A stretch of DNA of 63,994 nucleotides, counting the filler, from Stramenopiles sp. TOSAG23-2 (Eukaryota), in assembly GCA_900128395.1 (NCBI GenBank). It is 3 parts of 3 records of this genome, joined end to end, with 100 filler letters (N's around TTAATTAATTAA, not from the genome) between each part and the next. Parts side by side here need not be neighbours in the genome. Positions count along the whole stretch, not along the records: positions 31,212 to 62,276 come from LT649378.1; 2 more parts are not named here. One strand, given 5' to 3'. The position numbers and the translations under genes are program-made. Below, piece by piece: positions 48,629 to 59,500 of this stretch. The first letter of the stretch is position 1. Every line of letters begins with the position of its first letter. The notes under the pieces are model-generated. The model ran no database searches. It was not told where the DNA came from and saw nothing but the letters and a program-made list of their open reading frames with translations.

Positions 48629-49012
48629 GAAGTATTTGATTTTCAAATCTGTTTGTTGTTCTTTCTTTATATATGTATATATCGTTCAATGTTTTTAAAA
48701 TATTGTAAATGCTTTTCGACAAGAGTAATATAAAAATATATTTTGATATTTTTGATTTTGTATTTTTTTTTTATTGACTTTTTCATAACGATTTTAATTT
48801 GTTTGTTGTACTCACAATCAACAACAACAACAATGTTCATTTTTTTTAGTATAAATAAATCATTTACAGATAGATAGATAGATACAATAAGATATATACA
48901 ATATTCTTTGTAAAAGATAGTAACACGTAAATATATATCCACTAACTAACTAACCAACAACAACATACATACATATATATATTGACAAACCAAGAACAAC
49001 AACAACAACAAC

Positions 49013-50455
49013 ATGTCCTCGTTATCGTCCATGAAGACTATTAAACAAAGGCGAAAAAATGCAAAGAAAATCGTTAATCAATGCCATATGTTAATTAAAA
49101 ATATACAAAAGAAACAAAGTGAATTCCAATTTTACGATAATGATAATAATAACGATGGTTATATGCATAATAATAACAATGATGCAAACAATAATATATA
49201 CAAGAACGATGATGATGATGATATTATTAGAAAAACGATTGAACAATATTATGATACTAAGAATGATTATGATGAATATGTATCATTTATTAAAAATTTA
49301 AATCTAAATCGTACCTCAACAAATGCTATATTTAGATCAAAAGGTATTCATATCATTGAAAAAGAAAAACAAGAACCAACATCATCACCACCACCACCAC
49401 TTGAACCAACAAAACCATCAATTCCGAAAGAACAAAACAATGTAGTCTATCCATCACCAACACCTTTGCATCTTTTAAAACTATCAAAAGTAGCAAAAAT
49501 TGCATCTGATAAAGCACGTGCTAAAGCACGATTATGGGCTAAAAATCGATTGATGGAAAGAAATACTAGAAATCAAGAACCACCACCATCACCTATTGTA
49601 TTATTCAATGCAAGGAAAAAATTATTGCCAGCTGCACCACCTCCGCCGCCACCACCGCCACCACCACCATCACAATCATTAGTAGTCGTACAACGTACAG
49701 AAGAAGTGAAAATACCAACAATTGAGGAGAAGAAAAAAATAAAACGTCGTCAATCTATATTAATTGTAAAACATGCGAAAAAATTTCATGAATCAAAACG
49801 TGATAAATTACGTAGAAAAAAAAAGAATCGGCAATTATTTCATCAATTACAACATACGGTAAAGGAAAAACATCGAGCAAAACATGGTATACATCGACGC
49901 TTTTCTACTATAAATTTTCAACATGAATTAAAAGAAAGTTCAAAAGGATTTTCAATGTTTAAAAGACAAAAACAACAATTTATTAAACAACGAAAATATA
50001 GTATCCATCATGCCGTACATATTGCAAATGAACGTTTAATAAGAAAGAAAAAAGAAACAGAACGACGTGTTAGATTTAAACAATTGAAGTTAGAAGAAAG
50101 TATTAAAAAACAAGTAAAGAAAAGAGAGAGAAATAAAGTAAAAGAACGTTCGGAATATGCAAATAAAATATTGAAACAAATGAAAAAAGAAAAAGAATTG
50201 AAACATGTAGAAAAAATGGAACGTATAAAAAAAACACAAAGTATATTACATGCAACAAGAACATTATTAGGAAAAAAACAAATCGATATAGCATTCACTG
50301 ATGGTGCAATAAGTGCTGTATCTAATGAAAAAATGATTAATATTGGATATACAGATGGTTGTATTCGTAATTTAAGTCAAAATAAATATAATAAGTCAAA
50401 TGGTCAAATGGAAGAACGCCAGATGAATTTATATTTCACAGATGGAACGATTTAA
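49013..50455 (+). CDS. Hypothetical protein with poly-Pro tract and basic coiled coil
   Basis: 480-aa ORF; three short (F/Y)TDG repeats at the C-terminus. Confidence 0.7.
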   Translation: MSSLSSMKTIKQRRKNAKKIVNQCHMLIKNIQKKQSEFQFYDNDNNNDGYMHNNNNDANNNIYKNDDDDDIIRKTIEQYYDTKNDYDEYVSFIKNLNLNRTSTNAIFRSKGIHIIEKEKQEPTSSPPPPLEPTKPSIPKEQNNVVYPSPTPLHLLKLSKVAKIASDKARAKARLWAKNRLMERNTRNQEPPPSPIVLFNARKKLLPAAPPPPPPPPPPPSQSLVVVQRTEEVKIPTIEEKKKIKRRQSILIVKHAKKFHESKRDKLRRKKKNRQLFHQLQHTVKEKHRAKHGIHRRFSTINFQHELKESSKGFSMFKRQKQQFIKQRKYSIHHAVHIANERLIRKKKETERRVRFKQLKLEESIKKQVKKRERNKVKERSEYANKILKQMKKEKELKHVEKMERIKKTQSILHATRTLLGKKQIDIAFTDGAISAVSNEKMINIGYTDGCIRNLSQNKYNKSNGQMEERQMNLYFTDGTI

Positions 50456-50500
50456 ATTTATATACAAAAACATTTAGATTGATTAAACAACGTGATTTAC

Positions 50501-50661
50501 AACTTTATGAAGGAGTAGCTCTTTCGTCTAACTCTGAATCACAGACAGAGGAACAATCTTTTGAATACTAACTAATTTTTACTAAACTTTAATAAATCAT
50601 TTTTGATTTGAGATGTTAATGAACGGGAGTAAAAGAAATTTATATAATGTATGAGTAAGAG
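50501..50661 (+). repeat. Dispersed repeat, copy 2 (copy 1 at 39137-39313)
   Basis: Same orientation as copy 1, with substitutions and a central indel. Confidence 0.9.
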
Positions 50662-50809
50662 AACATTTCATATATAAGAGAGGAGTATTATCTAGATATT
50701 TGTTTTTACATTTTATTATTTTCGTATTCGAGATGTATAATAATCCATTTTGCGAGTTCGTATACTTATACATCACTTGATGGTTATAATCAAATAAAAC
50801 ATTGATATG

Positions 50810-51289
50810 TTATGGTGAAAACATATTATCTGTATCCGGCAAACGTTCCATTAATTCTCTAAGTCTTGCTTTCAAACGATCGTTTTCTTGTATTAAATCT
50901 TCACGTAAAATTTCCATGCCTTCGTCGTATTCAATTAAACGCTGTCTATTCTCGTCTATAAGTGGTCTAACTTCAGCTAGCGTTAACTTCAATTCTTTTC
51001 TTTGTTCTTTTGCTTCTTCCTGATTTTTTTCTATTTTTTTTAATCGTTCGTTGAAACTTAAATAAAATTTTTTATATTTTGCTATTTTATCAAATTCTTC
51101 GATCCACTTTTCTTGACAACTTTCACACAATACGACGCTTTTAAATTGTTCCTTGCACTTTTCACACATTTCGTTGCTTTCTTCGTCTTCTTCAATAGTA
51201 TCTTTCTTCATTTCTTCATTATCACTTTTTGTTTCATCATCATCTTTTTTTTCAAAATCAAGTGGTATCACATCTGCTAATGACGCCAT
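50810..51289 (-). CDS. Small protein with CxxC...CxxC motif and coiled coil
   Basis: CEKC....LCESC followed by a heptad-rich helix; start at MASLAD. Confidence 0.65.
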   Translation of the reverse strand: MASLADVIPLDFEKKDDDETKSDNEEMKKDTIEEDEESNEMCEKCKEQFKSVVLCESCQEKWIEEFDKIAKYKKFYLSFNERLKKIEKNQEEAKEQRKELKLTLAEVRPLIDENRQRLIEYDEGMEILREDLIQENDRLKARLRELMERLPDTDNMFSP

Positions 51290-51539
51290 TAAACAATTTA
51301 ACATATATATATATATACAATTAAAATTACCAACGCGGAATCTATACTAAACAAACAATAATTGTGACGATACAAACAAGAAGTTGTTTATAAATATGAT
51401 ATCTATACAATACATATACACTATATATATATTTCTATTTCTACCCTGCACATATATTGTATTTTCAGAAGTCGTTCAGAGGTCGTTTTTCTTTGTAAAG
51501 TTAAAAGTAAAATGTGTACATGTCTACATCCAATTTTCA

Positions 51540-51603
51540 CTCATCGATTCGCCAATCAAATGACACTAACACGTAATTTATACTTGAAAAGACATTTAGA
51601 ATA
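51540..51603 (+). promoter_or_regulatory. Upstream motif block shared with 55455-55515
   Basis: CTCATCGATT..C[AT]ATCAAATGACAC..ATTTATACTTGAAA..TTAGAATA lies upstream of both RCC1 and the DNAJC17-like gene. Confidence 0.5.
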
Positions 51604-51910
51604 CAAATAAGGTATTTTACATCAAAAAAAAAATAAAATTTTTTTTTGATTTTTGTTGTGCAAAAAATTGAATTTAAATTTAAAATTTTTGATTAAACAA
51701 ATGGTGAAAGGCATGTGTAAAACGAGATATATTATTTTCTATATATATATATATATAATACACAAGGCATTGCTTTTTTTTCATACATTTTATCATCTAC
51801 TTTGTCTGCTAAGTTTTAATTTTGGTATATATTTTCATATATCTATTATAATTTTATTTTATTTTTTGGTTCAAACAAAATTTTTTAATTTAAAAATTTT
51901 TTTTCGTAAA

Positions 51911-53431
51911 ATGAATAATAATAATGGTGTGAAAACAAAAGCATTATCGATACAAATACAATCATTAAACGATACGTTTGCGGATCATATACAACGATTA
52001 GCATCAAACCCGGACACGTTAACGGTTTCATGGAAATCAGCAGTGGAGGATTATTTAAGCTATGTTCGAATGTTGAAATATACATATAATCCAGATGAAG
52101 GTTATATTTATTCATGGGGTACTGGGGATTGTGCACAATTAGGACATGGTATGAATAAAGATGGTTTTTGGATTGAAAATACACGGCCAAAACAAATCAA
52201 AGCATTTAAAGTTCCAGACGTGGAGCGTATATCAGCTGGTGGAATTCATAATGTCGTGTTAACGTCAAAAGGTGAGGTATATACATGGGGTTGCAATGAT
52301 GATTGGGCGCTTGGTAGAGATGGAGTAGAACATTTGCCTTTCGTAGTGCCTGGCCTAAATAAAATATCTATCATACAAGTAGGTGCTGGAGATTGTCATA
52401 GTTTAGCACTTACTAGAGATGGTCGGATATATGGATGGGGTGCATTTCGAGATAAAGATGGTAAAAAATTCTGGCCAATGCAAAGTGCAGCAAAATCATT
52501 TAAATATACACAGAAAACACCAAAAGTAATGGATGATTTCTTAAAGAGCAAATCAAATAATAGTAAAAATAGTGAAAGAATAGTAGATATTATATGTGGC
52601 TCCTGTTTCAATTATGCTCGAGCATCAAGTGGACGTTTGTACTCATGGGGTCTTGGTGAAAGTGGTGAGCTAGGGCGTATTGTTGGTGATGTGAAAAACA
52701 AAGAGCAAGAATACAATAAAGATATAATATATAATGACCATTTATTGCCACAAATAGTGTTGCGAAAAGATGAAGAGACAGGTACAAATGTTCCTGTGCA
52801 AGGATGCAAAGCAGTTGGTTGTGGTGCATACCATACAATCTTCACTACATCGGAAGGTGATGGAAATACTGTATATGCAACAGGTTTGAATAATTACGGT
52901 CAACTTGGCTTAACAGAGGCAAAAGGTGTAGTAGAAAAATGGCGTAAAATACCAGAAGTGGTACCATTATTAAAACCATTTAATATTTGCCAAATACAAG
53001 CAGGTGAACATCATAGTGTAGTATTAACAGTGCAAGGGCAAGTGTATTCATTTGGCCGTGGTGACTCTGGCCAATTAGGCCGCAAAGGGCCAGATGATAG
53101 TAAAGGTCAAGTTCAAGAAGGTTATTTTGATTCAAATCCTGGACGTGTAGGTGCAGGAATGAAAGGTCATGCAATTAAACAAATTACATGTGGGAGTAAT
53201 CATACAATATGTGTCTCAACTAGATCTAAAGTTTTTGCATGGGGGTATGGTGATAATGGTAGTTTAGGGCATGGTAAAGCAGATGGTGATTTACTTTTTC
53301 CAGAAATGATACGAGAAAAAGAATTAAAAACTGCTGAAGGGTATAGTGTTGTTCAAGTAGAGGCAGGTGGTCAACATTCATGTTTGATATTAGCTAAAAA
53401 TCAAGTTGGTGGAAAGAGAAAATCGTATTGA
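51911..53431 (+). CDS. RCC1: Regulator of chromosome condensation (RanGEF) with extra N-terminal helical segment
   Basis: About seven RCC1 repeats; AGGIHNVVL, WGCNDDWALGRD and WGAFRDKDG resemble bona fide RCC1 motifs; basic C-terminus KRK. Confidence 0.85.
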   Translation: MNNNNGVKTKALSIQIQSLNDTFADHIQRLASNPDTLTVSWKSAVEDYLSYVRMLKYTYNPDEGYIYSWGTGDCAQLGHGMNKDGFWIENTRPKQIKAFKVPDVERISAGGIHNVVLTSKGEVYTWGCNDDWALGRDGVEHLPFVVPGLNKISIIQVGAGDCHSLALTRDGRIYGWGAFRDKDGKKFWPMQSAAKSFKYTQKTPKVMDDFLKSKSNNSKNSERIVDIICGSCFNYARASSGRLYSWGLGESGELGRIVGDVKNKEQEYNKDIIYNDHLLPQIVLRKDEETGTNVPVQGCKAVGCGAYHTIFTTSEGDGNTVYATGLNNYGQLGLTEAKGVVEKWRKIPEVVPLLKPFNICQIQAGEHHSVVLTVQGQVYSFGRGDSGQLGRKGPDDSKGQVQEGYFDSNPGRVGAGMKGHAIKQITCGSNHTICVSTRSKVFAWGYGDNGSLGHGKADGDLLFPEMIREKELKTAEGYSVVQVEAGGQHSCLILAKNQVGGKRKSY

Positions 53432-53646
53432 AGGAAAAAAATATTTTTAAAAAAAAAACTTCCTACATACTCAAGAGAGAGGTTATATATCATTTTTATA
53501 CGCGTGTAAATCTTTTTACGAACTGTGGGTCCGTGTATAATTTTAATTAAAATTATTTTTTTTTAAAAAAAATATGATATTTTTTAAAGATTTAGTCCTA
53601 GATAAATATTTTAAAGTTTTTCCCCGCACACTCTTCCTCTTTCTTT

Positions 53647-54741
53647 CTAACTCTTTCTTCGACTTCGTTTTTTCTTCTTGTTACCAGAATCAGCAAACTC
53701 ACCTTGTTGTGTTATACGAATTGCCATTTGTACCTCAACTGTTGGTTGAAAGCAATTAGATAATTTTTTGAAAAATGATTCTTGTGGCATTTCGCCACCA
53801 TGAACTTTCATATATTCAGCAATATAATTTGCTTTGAATACTCTTCTTCCAACTTTTGCCCATCCATCTTCCCCTAAAGTAGCTTTTTGCATATTGTCTT
53901 GTAATCGAAATGCTGGAAATAAGACAAGTGGATAACGTCTGTTCAAAATATTGAATTCATCGAAATCAATCAAACCATCATCATTTTGATCAAATTCTTC
54001 CAATGCGGTTTGGAAATTTCCTGGAAACATCGGACTCGCATCGTTAACACTTTTTGCTACTTCGAGAAATTCATCCTCATCAAGTGCTCCTGATTTATCA
54101 TCATCGAAGCTATCAAATGTAAAACGTAAAATTTGCTCTTTCGAATACATACAATATAGACACATCATACCAATAAATTCATTCTGATCAACTTCGCCAC
54201 TACCATCTTCATCGATTAGATTAAAAATATGTTGTGTAAATGGAGTTTTCTTTTCATTTATAAATTCCATAAATTCGTCCGCATCAATTTCTCCAGATTC
54301 ATCATAATCTATCATTTGAAATATCATGCATAATTTTCGTAGTTCACCTTGTTGTAATCCGATTGAATCGGCGTGTGCTTGAGCATCTTCACTTAAGGCA
54401 ATATTATCGACATCGACAGAAACACAAAGTTTTCGTTTCAATTTGCCAAAAAATGTTTGTTTTTTAACTTTTTTCTTTTCCATCCGTTTCGGTAACGCCT
54501 TGGCTTTTTTTGTACCTCCTTTTGATCTGTTGCTACCTTTATTGCTACTTGATTTTTTCTTTCTATTACTAGATCCACTCCCACCTTTCAATCTATTTGC
54601 AACTTTGCTTTGGCCTGCAGTTGGCCTTTTCTTCGATTTTCCAGGTGATGATCGTCTATTTCCACCACCGGGTCGTTGTTGTTTACTGTTTACAGCATGT
54701 TTATATCTTTCACTGGGTTGGCTTTTTTTTTTTCCTGGCAT
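53647..54741 (-). CDS. Four-EF-hand calcium sensor (calcineurin-B-like) with basic N-terminal extension
   Basis: DYDESGEIDADE, DEDGSGEVDQNE, DDDKSGALDEDE, DQNDDGLIDFDE. Confidence 0.9.
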   Translation of the reverse strand: MPGKKKSQPSERYKHAVNSKQQRPGGGNRRSSPGKSKKRPTAGQSKVANRLKGGSGSSNRKKKSSSNKGSNRSKGGTKKAKALPKRMEKKKVKKQTFFGKLKRKLCVSVDVDNIALSEDAQAHADSIGLQQGELRKLCMIFQMIDYDESGEIDADEFMEFINEKKTPFTQHIFNLIDEDGSGEVDQNEFIGMMCLYCMYSKEQILRFTFDSFDDDKSGALDEDEFLEVAKSVNDASPMFPGNFQTALEEFDQNDDGLIDFDEFNILNRRYPLVLFPAFRLQDNMQKATLGEDGWAKVGRRVFKANYIAEYMKVHGGEMPQESFFKKLSNCFQPTVEVQMAIRITQQGEFADSGNKKKKRSRRKS

Positions 54742-55454
54742 TTTCTTTTACGTTGATAAAAGATTAATTTTACCCTGTTCTAGTGGTATTGATTTATTTT
54801 TAATTACATCTTTGTTTATATTGTTGGTGTTTATATATTTATATAGATGTGTGTGTTTGGATACGACACAATAGTCTATATAACGTATTATAATATGTGC
54901 CTTTTGTGTGGTTGTTGTTGTTATTATCTCTCGTTATATAATTATAACGTATGATGATAGCATAGTGTTTGTGTGTTCTTTCATAAAGTTTCTGTCTGCC
55001 ATGTCATACAGTACTATTGCATTGCTATATTGGAAATATCAGATATACATCATGTGCAGTACAGATTTTGTTTTGTGTGTTCGTCATGGATGAAGTTGTC
55101 ATGAACAATGGTATTTCATTGCTAAATTTATAAAATTCAATAAATCATCTGATCCATAATGATATGTCAGACATGTTTCCCGGCATTCATCATCTGATCC
55201 AAGCTGATAAGTATGTTATTAATACTGTAATAAATTTTCCTTTCATATTCACACCTTTCCAGCTTTATAACCTAATAGCTTTTCGGAAAAGTCTATATCG
55301 GCCTTAACCTATATAGATTAAAACCTATATCGATATTATAAAATATATATGGTATATCAAATAATGTCACACTATAAATTTTATACTTGAAAGCCCTGGA
55401 AAGCCGGCCAGGAAAGGAATTTAAATTCCTCGTCGAACAAAAAAAACTCATCAT

Positions 55455-55515
55455 CTCATCGATTTTCACCTATCAAATGACACATTATTTATACTTGAAA
55501 GGGAAAGTTAGAATA
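55455..55515 (+). promoter_or_regulatory. Upstream motif block shared with 51540-51603
   Basis: Same ordered motifs; a partial third copy (TTTATACTTGAAA) near 55380-55392. Confidence 0.5.
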
Positions 55516-55727
55516 TATATTATACTTAAACAAATCTATGATTTTCCTTAATAAATTGATGACTTCATCACAAAAATTCACAAAAAAAAAATATTTTTTA
55601 ATTTTGATTTTTTATAAATTATAGAAAAGAGAGAGATACTAAAACATATAAACAAACAGAATCAATCCTTTGATTTTCATTCATTTCATTGTGAATATAT
55701 ATATGGATATATAGATTGAAGCAAGCA

Positions 55728-56645
55728 ATGTCGAATGAGGAAATTAATCATTACCATGTATTAACTGTGAATAATTTTGCATCGATAGATGAAATCAAAC
55801 GGGCATATAAAATACAATCATTGAAATTACACCCAGATAAAAATAGGGATAATATTGAAGAAGCTACTAAAGCATTTGATGCATTAAAAAAATCATATGA
55901 TATATTAAAAGATGATGAATTGAGGGGGAAACATAACATATCGTTACGTGCACAAATAGAATCGCAAAAACGATTTGCTGATTTGAACGAATCTAGAAAA
56001 CGTTTTCGTGATCATTTAAATGCTAATGAATCATTGACTTCAAAAATGCAACAAAATAATAATAATAATAAAAAAATTAAATTAAATAATATACGGAAAG
56101 AGAGTGAAGCAGCATTAGCAAATTTTAATTTAATACAACAACAGAAAATAATGAAGAAAATGAATAATCATGATAATAATAATAATGCTGATCATGGAAG
56201 TAGTAATAGTAACAATGATAATTCAATCTGTGGTGTAATTATTGTTAAATGGAATAAAAAGAAAATAACATATAATGAAAATCAATTGAAAGATATATTT
56301 GTACGGTTTGGTAAGATTGAATTCATACGTATTGGTAGTAAACAGAAAAGTGCTATATTGCAATTTTACAATATGTCCTCCGCAACATTAGCATATGAAC
56401 ATTTTTCATCATTAACAAATAAAGATCGTATTAAATTGACTGTAAAATTAAAAGATAATAACAAGAAGAAGAAGAATGTTGATAATAATAACAATGTAAA
56501 ACAACCATCATCAACAGGAATAGAAAAACAGGAGGACGATACGAATAATAATAATAATAATAAGACAACAACTTCATCATCTAATACATTCAATGCATTT
56601 GAAGATGATGTAATGGCACGGTTGCAAAAAGCTGCTGGTTTATAA
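55728..56645 (+). CDS. DNAJC17: J-domain + RRM protein (DNAJC17/Cwc23-like)
   Basis: SLKLHPDKN J-domain; RRM IVKWNKK..YNENQLKDIFVRFGKI..SAILQF; C-terminal FEDDVMARLQKAA. Confidence 0.75.
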   Translation: MSNEEINHYHVLTVNNFASIDEIKRAYKIQSLKLHPDKNRDNIEEATKAFDALKKSYDILKDDELRGKHNISLRAQIESQKRFADLNESRKRFRDHLNANESLTSKMQQNNNNNKKIKLNNIRKESEAALANFNLIQQQKIMKKMNNHDNNNNADHGSSNSNNDNSICGVIIVKWNKKKITYNENQLKDIFVRFGKIEFIRIGSKQKSAILQFYNMSSATLAYEHFSSLTNKDRIKLTVKLKDNNKKKKNVDNNNNVKQPSSTGIEKQEDDTNNNNNNKTTTSSSNTFNAFEDDVMARLQKAAGL

Positions 56646-56785
56646 AAAACAATTGTGTCTGAGAATGTATGTACGAATATTTTGAGTGTCATATATTAAT
56701 ATAATATATTAAAATTATTTTTAAGAACACAAAATGTTTTTTAGAGATATTATCATTCTCTCTACTATACACAACAATCTTTATC

Positions 56786-57943
56786 TCACGGTTGAAAAAT
56801 TGCAACATTAGATATATCTGAAGGGATTGGGAAAAACTCAGCTACATTATTACCATTGACTTCATTGTTAAACCAATAATCTTTATTATTTGCTCCATGC
56901 ATAGGATTAAAGGCAGCTTTTTCACTTGGTACATTTGATGCAATATTACTAAAAAATGTATTACTATCACTTTGATGTTTATTAGGTTGACCATGACCAA
57001 GACCACCAGCAGTGATTGCAGAATTGAAATTACCATCAACTAGATTACCAAAAAATACATTGTTTTTCACAGGGCCAACAACATTTGAATACACACCAAT
57101 ACCATTTTTATTACGACGACATGTATTGCTAACAATAACATTATCCTTCGCAGTTTCTTCCACAAAAATTCCTTCAGCATCATTATCTTCACATAAATTA
57201 TTCCAAGCTATCGAAGAGGATGTATATGCATCAAAATCCAAGGCATGCATACGAGAATGATGAACATGGCAATGATGGACATAACATTTTGATGTTGCCA
57301 ATGCCCATATAGCTCGACTTGCAATACGATTGCCTTCATTTCCACCTGCATCGCAATATGCAATTTCATTTTGTATACCACCATGGATACCAATAGCAGT
57401 TTGAAAGTTTGAAAGTGCTCGTGTACCACGAATAGTATTTCGATTACTATTCAAGACAGATATAGCTTGCATTTTCGTCGTAGCATGTACTGTTGCATTT
57501 ATTGTTCCACCAATAACTGCTGAATATTCTGAATTATTCAATGTAATAAGACCAGAATGTGTCATTCCATTGTATTTATTGTCACTTATATTTTGTGCAT
57601 CAACGATATATGATCCGTTTAGTTGTAATACAAACAAAGATGGTATTGTTAATGGAGAATCTGCATAATAGTTTCCTTCCAAATGAAGATATCGTAGTAC
57701 ACTGTTATTAACTAAGGAAATTTGTGATAATACTGTTGCTGGCTCAATGGCAGGATATAATGTATCAATTACATTTGCTTGTAATTGCGAAGTATATGTT
57801 CCAACAAATTTACCAGATGGTTGTAAATATCCATCTATCACTGTAAACGATAATATATTATTTCCAGCATGTATATATAAAATGTTAATCATACAATTGA
57901 TAAATATAATAATTAATACATATAAATAGTAATTTAATTTCAT
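56786..57943 (-). CDS. Secreted right-handed beta-helix (pectin-lyase-like fold) protein
   Basis: Signal peptide; repeating NNLCEDNDAEGIFVE / SNTCRRNKNGIGVY / GNLVDGN turns. Confidence 0.8.
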   Translation of the reverse strand: MKLNYYLYVLIIIFINCMINILYIHAGNNILSFTVIDGYLQPSGKFVGTYTSQLQANVIDTLYPAIEPATVLSQISLVNNSVLRYLHLEGNYYADSPLTIPSLFVLQLNGSYIVDAQNISDNKYNGMTHSGLITLNNSEYSAVIGGTINATVHATTKMQAISVLNSNRNTIRGTRALSNFQTAIGIHGGIQNEIAYCDAGGNEGNRIASRAIWALATSKCYVHHCHVHHSRMHALDFDAYTSSSIAWNNLCEDNDAEGIFVEETAKDNVIVSNTCRRNKNGIGVYSNVVGPVKNNVFFGNLVDGNFNSAITAGGLGHGQPNKHQSDSNTFFSNIASNVPSEKAAFNPMHGANNKDYWFNNEVNGNNVAEFFPIPSDISNVAIFQP

Positions 57944-58201
57944 CTCTTGCTTTTTTTTTAATATTATATATGTGTGTGTGACTTATTCTGCTATATACAT
58001 TGTATTTTCCTATATATATCTTTCTTCTATTTTTTCATGTTTTTGTTGTTGTTTCAGCGTTCACAAAAGCTCATCAAAAAAATGAATGACTCACACAAAC
58101 CATGTAGAGACTAATCAAGAGAAATAGAAATATAGTTTGGAACAAATACATACATATATATATATATATACACAACAACAATCATTTTAAATAATAATAA
58201 C

Positions 58202-59353
58202 ATGGTTAATAACAATTCGCAATGGAGAAATCCACGTGGTTTGATATATGGATTGTTATCAGTAGCACTTGGACAAATATTCATTATAATTCCATATTAT
58301 TATTTATTACGTAAAGAATATATTCAACGTCCATTTATACAAAAAAAAAATAAGAAGAAGCAAGATAAAAATGATGATAGTAATAATAATAAAACATTCT
58401 TTGAGGAAATGAAGAATCATTTGTTTCAACCCGAAGGATTCTTTTTATTAGGTACATATTTATCAGTATCATGGATATTTAATTTCATGCCTGATACATA
58501 TTATAATTTAGAAGAACCAGTTAATTTGTTACATGTATTATTACAGTTATTAGTCGTTGATTTTTTTCAAACAATAATGCATTTCGGGGAACATTACATT
58601 GCAAACTTTTATATTAAAAGTCATAAACCACATCATGTCTTCAAATCGCCGCGTCTATTTGATGCGTTTGATGGCTCGTTCATGGATACGATTTGCATGA
58701 TTTTAATTCCATTATACATAACAGCAAATATTGTACACACCAACATGTGGAGTTATGCTTTATTTGGTACAATTTATGGTAATTATTTATGTTTGATTCA
58801 TAGTGAATATTCACATATATTTGATCCCATCTTTCGTTTTATAGGAGTTGGTACTGCTGGAGATCATCATGTGCATCATAAATTATTTAAATATAATTAT
58901 GGACATTTATTTATGATATGGGATCGTTTTCTATTTCGTACATATAAATCACCATTGGAATTGAAGAAACATTTCAATGTTTCAGAATTAAAAATAAAAG
59001 AACGAGATATTTTCATTTTATTAAATTTCTTTGTTGGAATCATCTGTTTTCCAATATTAAGTATGAGAGTCTATCAAAATGCACAAAAAAGGAATGGACA
59101 TAATAATGTTTTAAACAGTGGTAGCAGCAGGAAATATACGAATTTCATGCCAAGATTAACGGATACAAAACAAGTTGCTGAACTTGGTATATTATTTGTT
59201 ATTATTATTTATTTACTTGGATTTAGTGGTATGATGGTAGCGTTTGAAGAAGAAGAAGAGAAAATGATGGAGGTAAAAGATAATAATACGAAGAAAGACT
59301 TGTTGATTCATAAGAAGAAGGAGGGCAATAATGGGAAGATGAAGAAGATTTAA
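58202..59353 (+). CDS. Fatty acid hydroxylase / sterol desaturase superfamily
   Basis: His boxes HFGEH, HKPHH, LIHSE, HHVHH, then NYGHLFMIWDRF. Confidence 0.9.
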   Translation: MVNNNSQWRNPRGLIYGLLSVALGQIFIIIPYYYLLRKEYIQRPFIQKKNKKKQDKNDDSNNNKTFFEEMKNHLFQPEGFFLLGTYLSVSWIFNFMPDTYYNLEEPVNLLHVLLQLLVVDFFQTIMHFGEHYIANFYIKSHKPHHVFKSPRLFDAFDGSFMDTICMILIPLYITANIVHTNMWSYALFGTIYGNYLCLIHSEYSHIFDPIFRFIGVGTAGDHHVHHKLFKYNYGHLFMIWDRFLFRTYKSPLELKKHFNVSELKIKERDIFILLNFFVGIICFPILSMRVYQNAQKRNGHNNVLNSGSSRKYTNFMPRLTDTKQVAELGILFVIIIYLLGFSGMMVAFEEEEEKMMEVKDNNTKKDLLIHKKKEGNNGKMKKI

Positions 59354-59500
59354 GAGAGAGAGGGTGTAGTTTGTGTGTGAGGTGTGAAAAGTTTTAACGC
59401 AGGAAAGATTTGCATAAGAGGATATAAGAATAATATTATGTAGCGCATATTGTTATTCGTATATATAACATTCTCTCTCTCTCTCTGCTGCCCCCTTTAT

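Noticed and set aside
48646-48942. In-frame TAA between two ORFs suggesting stop-codon reassignment
   Set aside because: TAA terminates conserved genes here (e.g. beta-tubulin), and the upstream ORF is low-complexity sequence containing a GTGAGT donor; an intron or UTR is more likely.
51653-51910. Hydrophobic N-terminal extension on RCC1 in the ORF track (likewise for 37571 and 36853)
   Set aside because: AT-rich UTR-like sequence read from upstream near-cognate or weak starts; the downstream ATG gives a more plausible protein.
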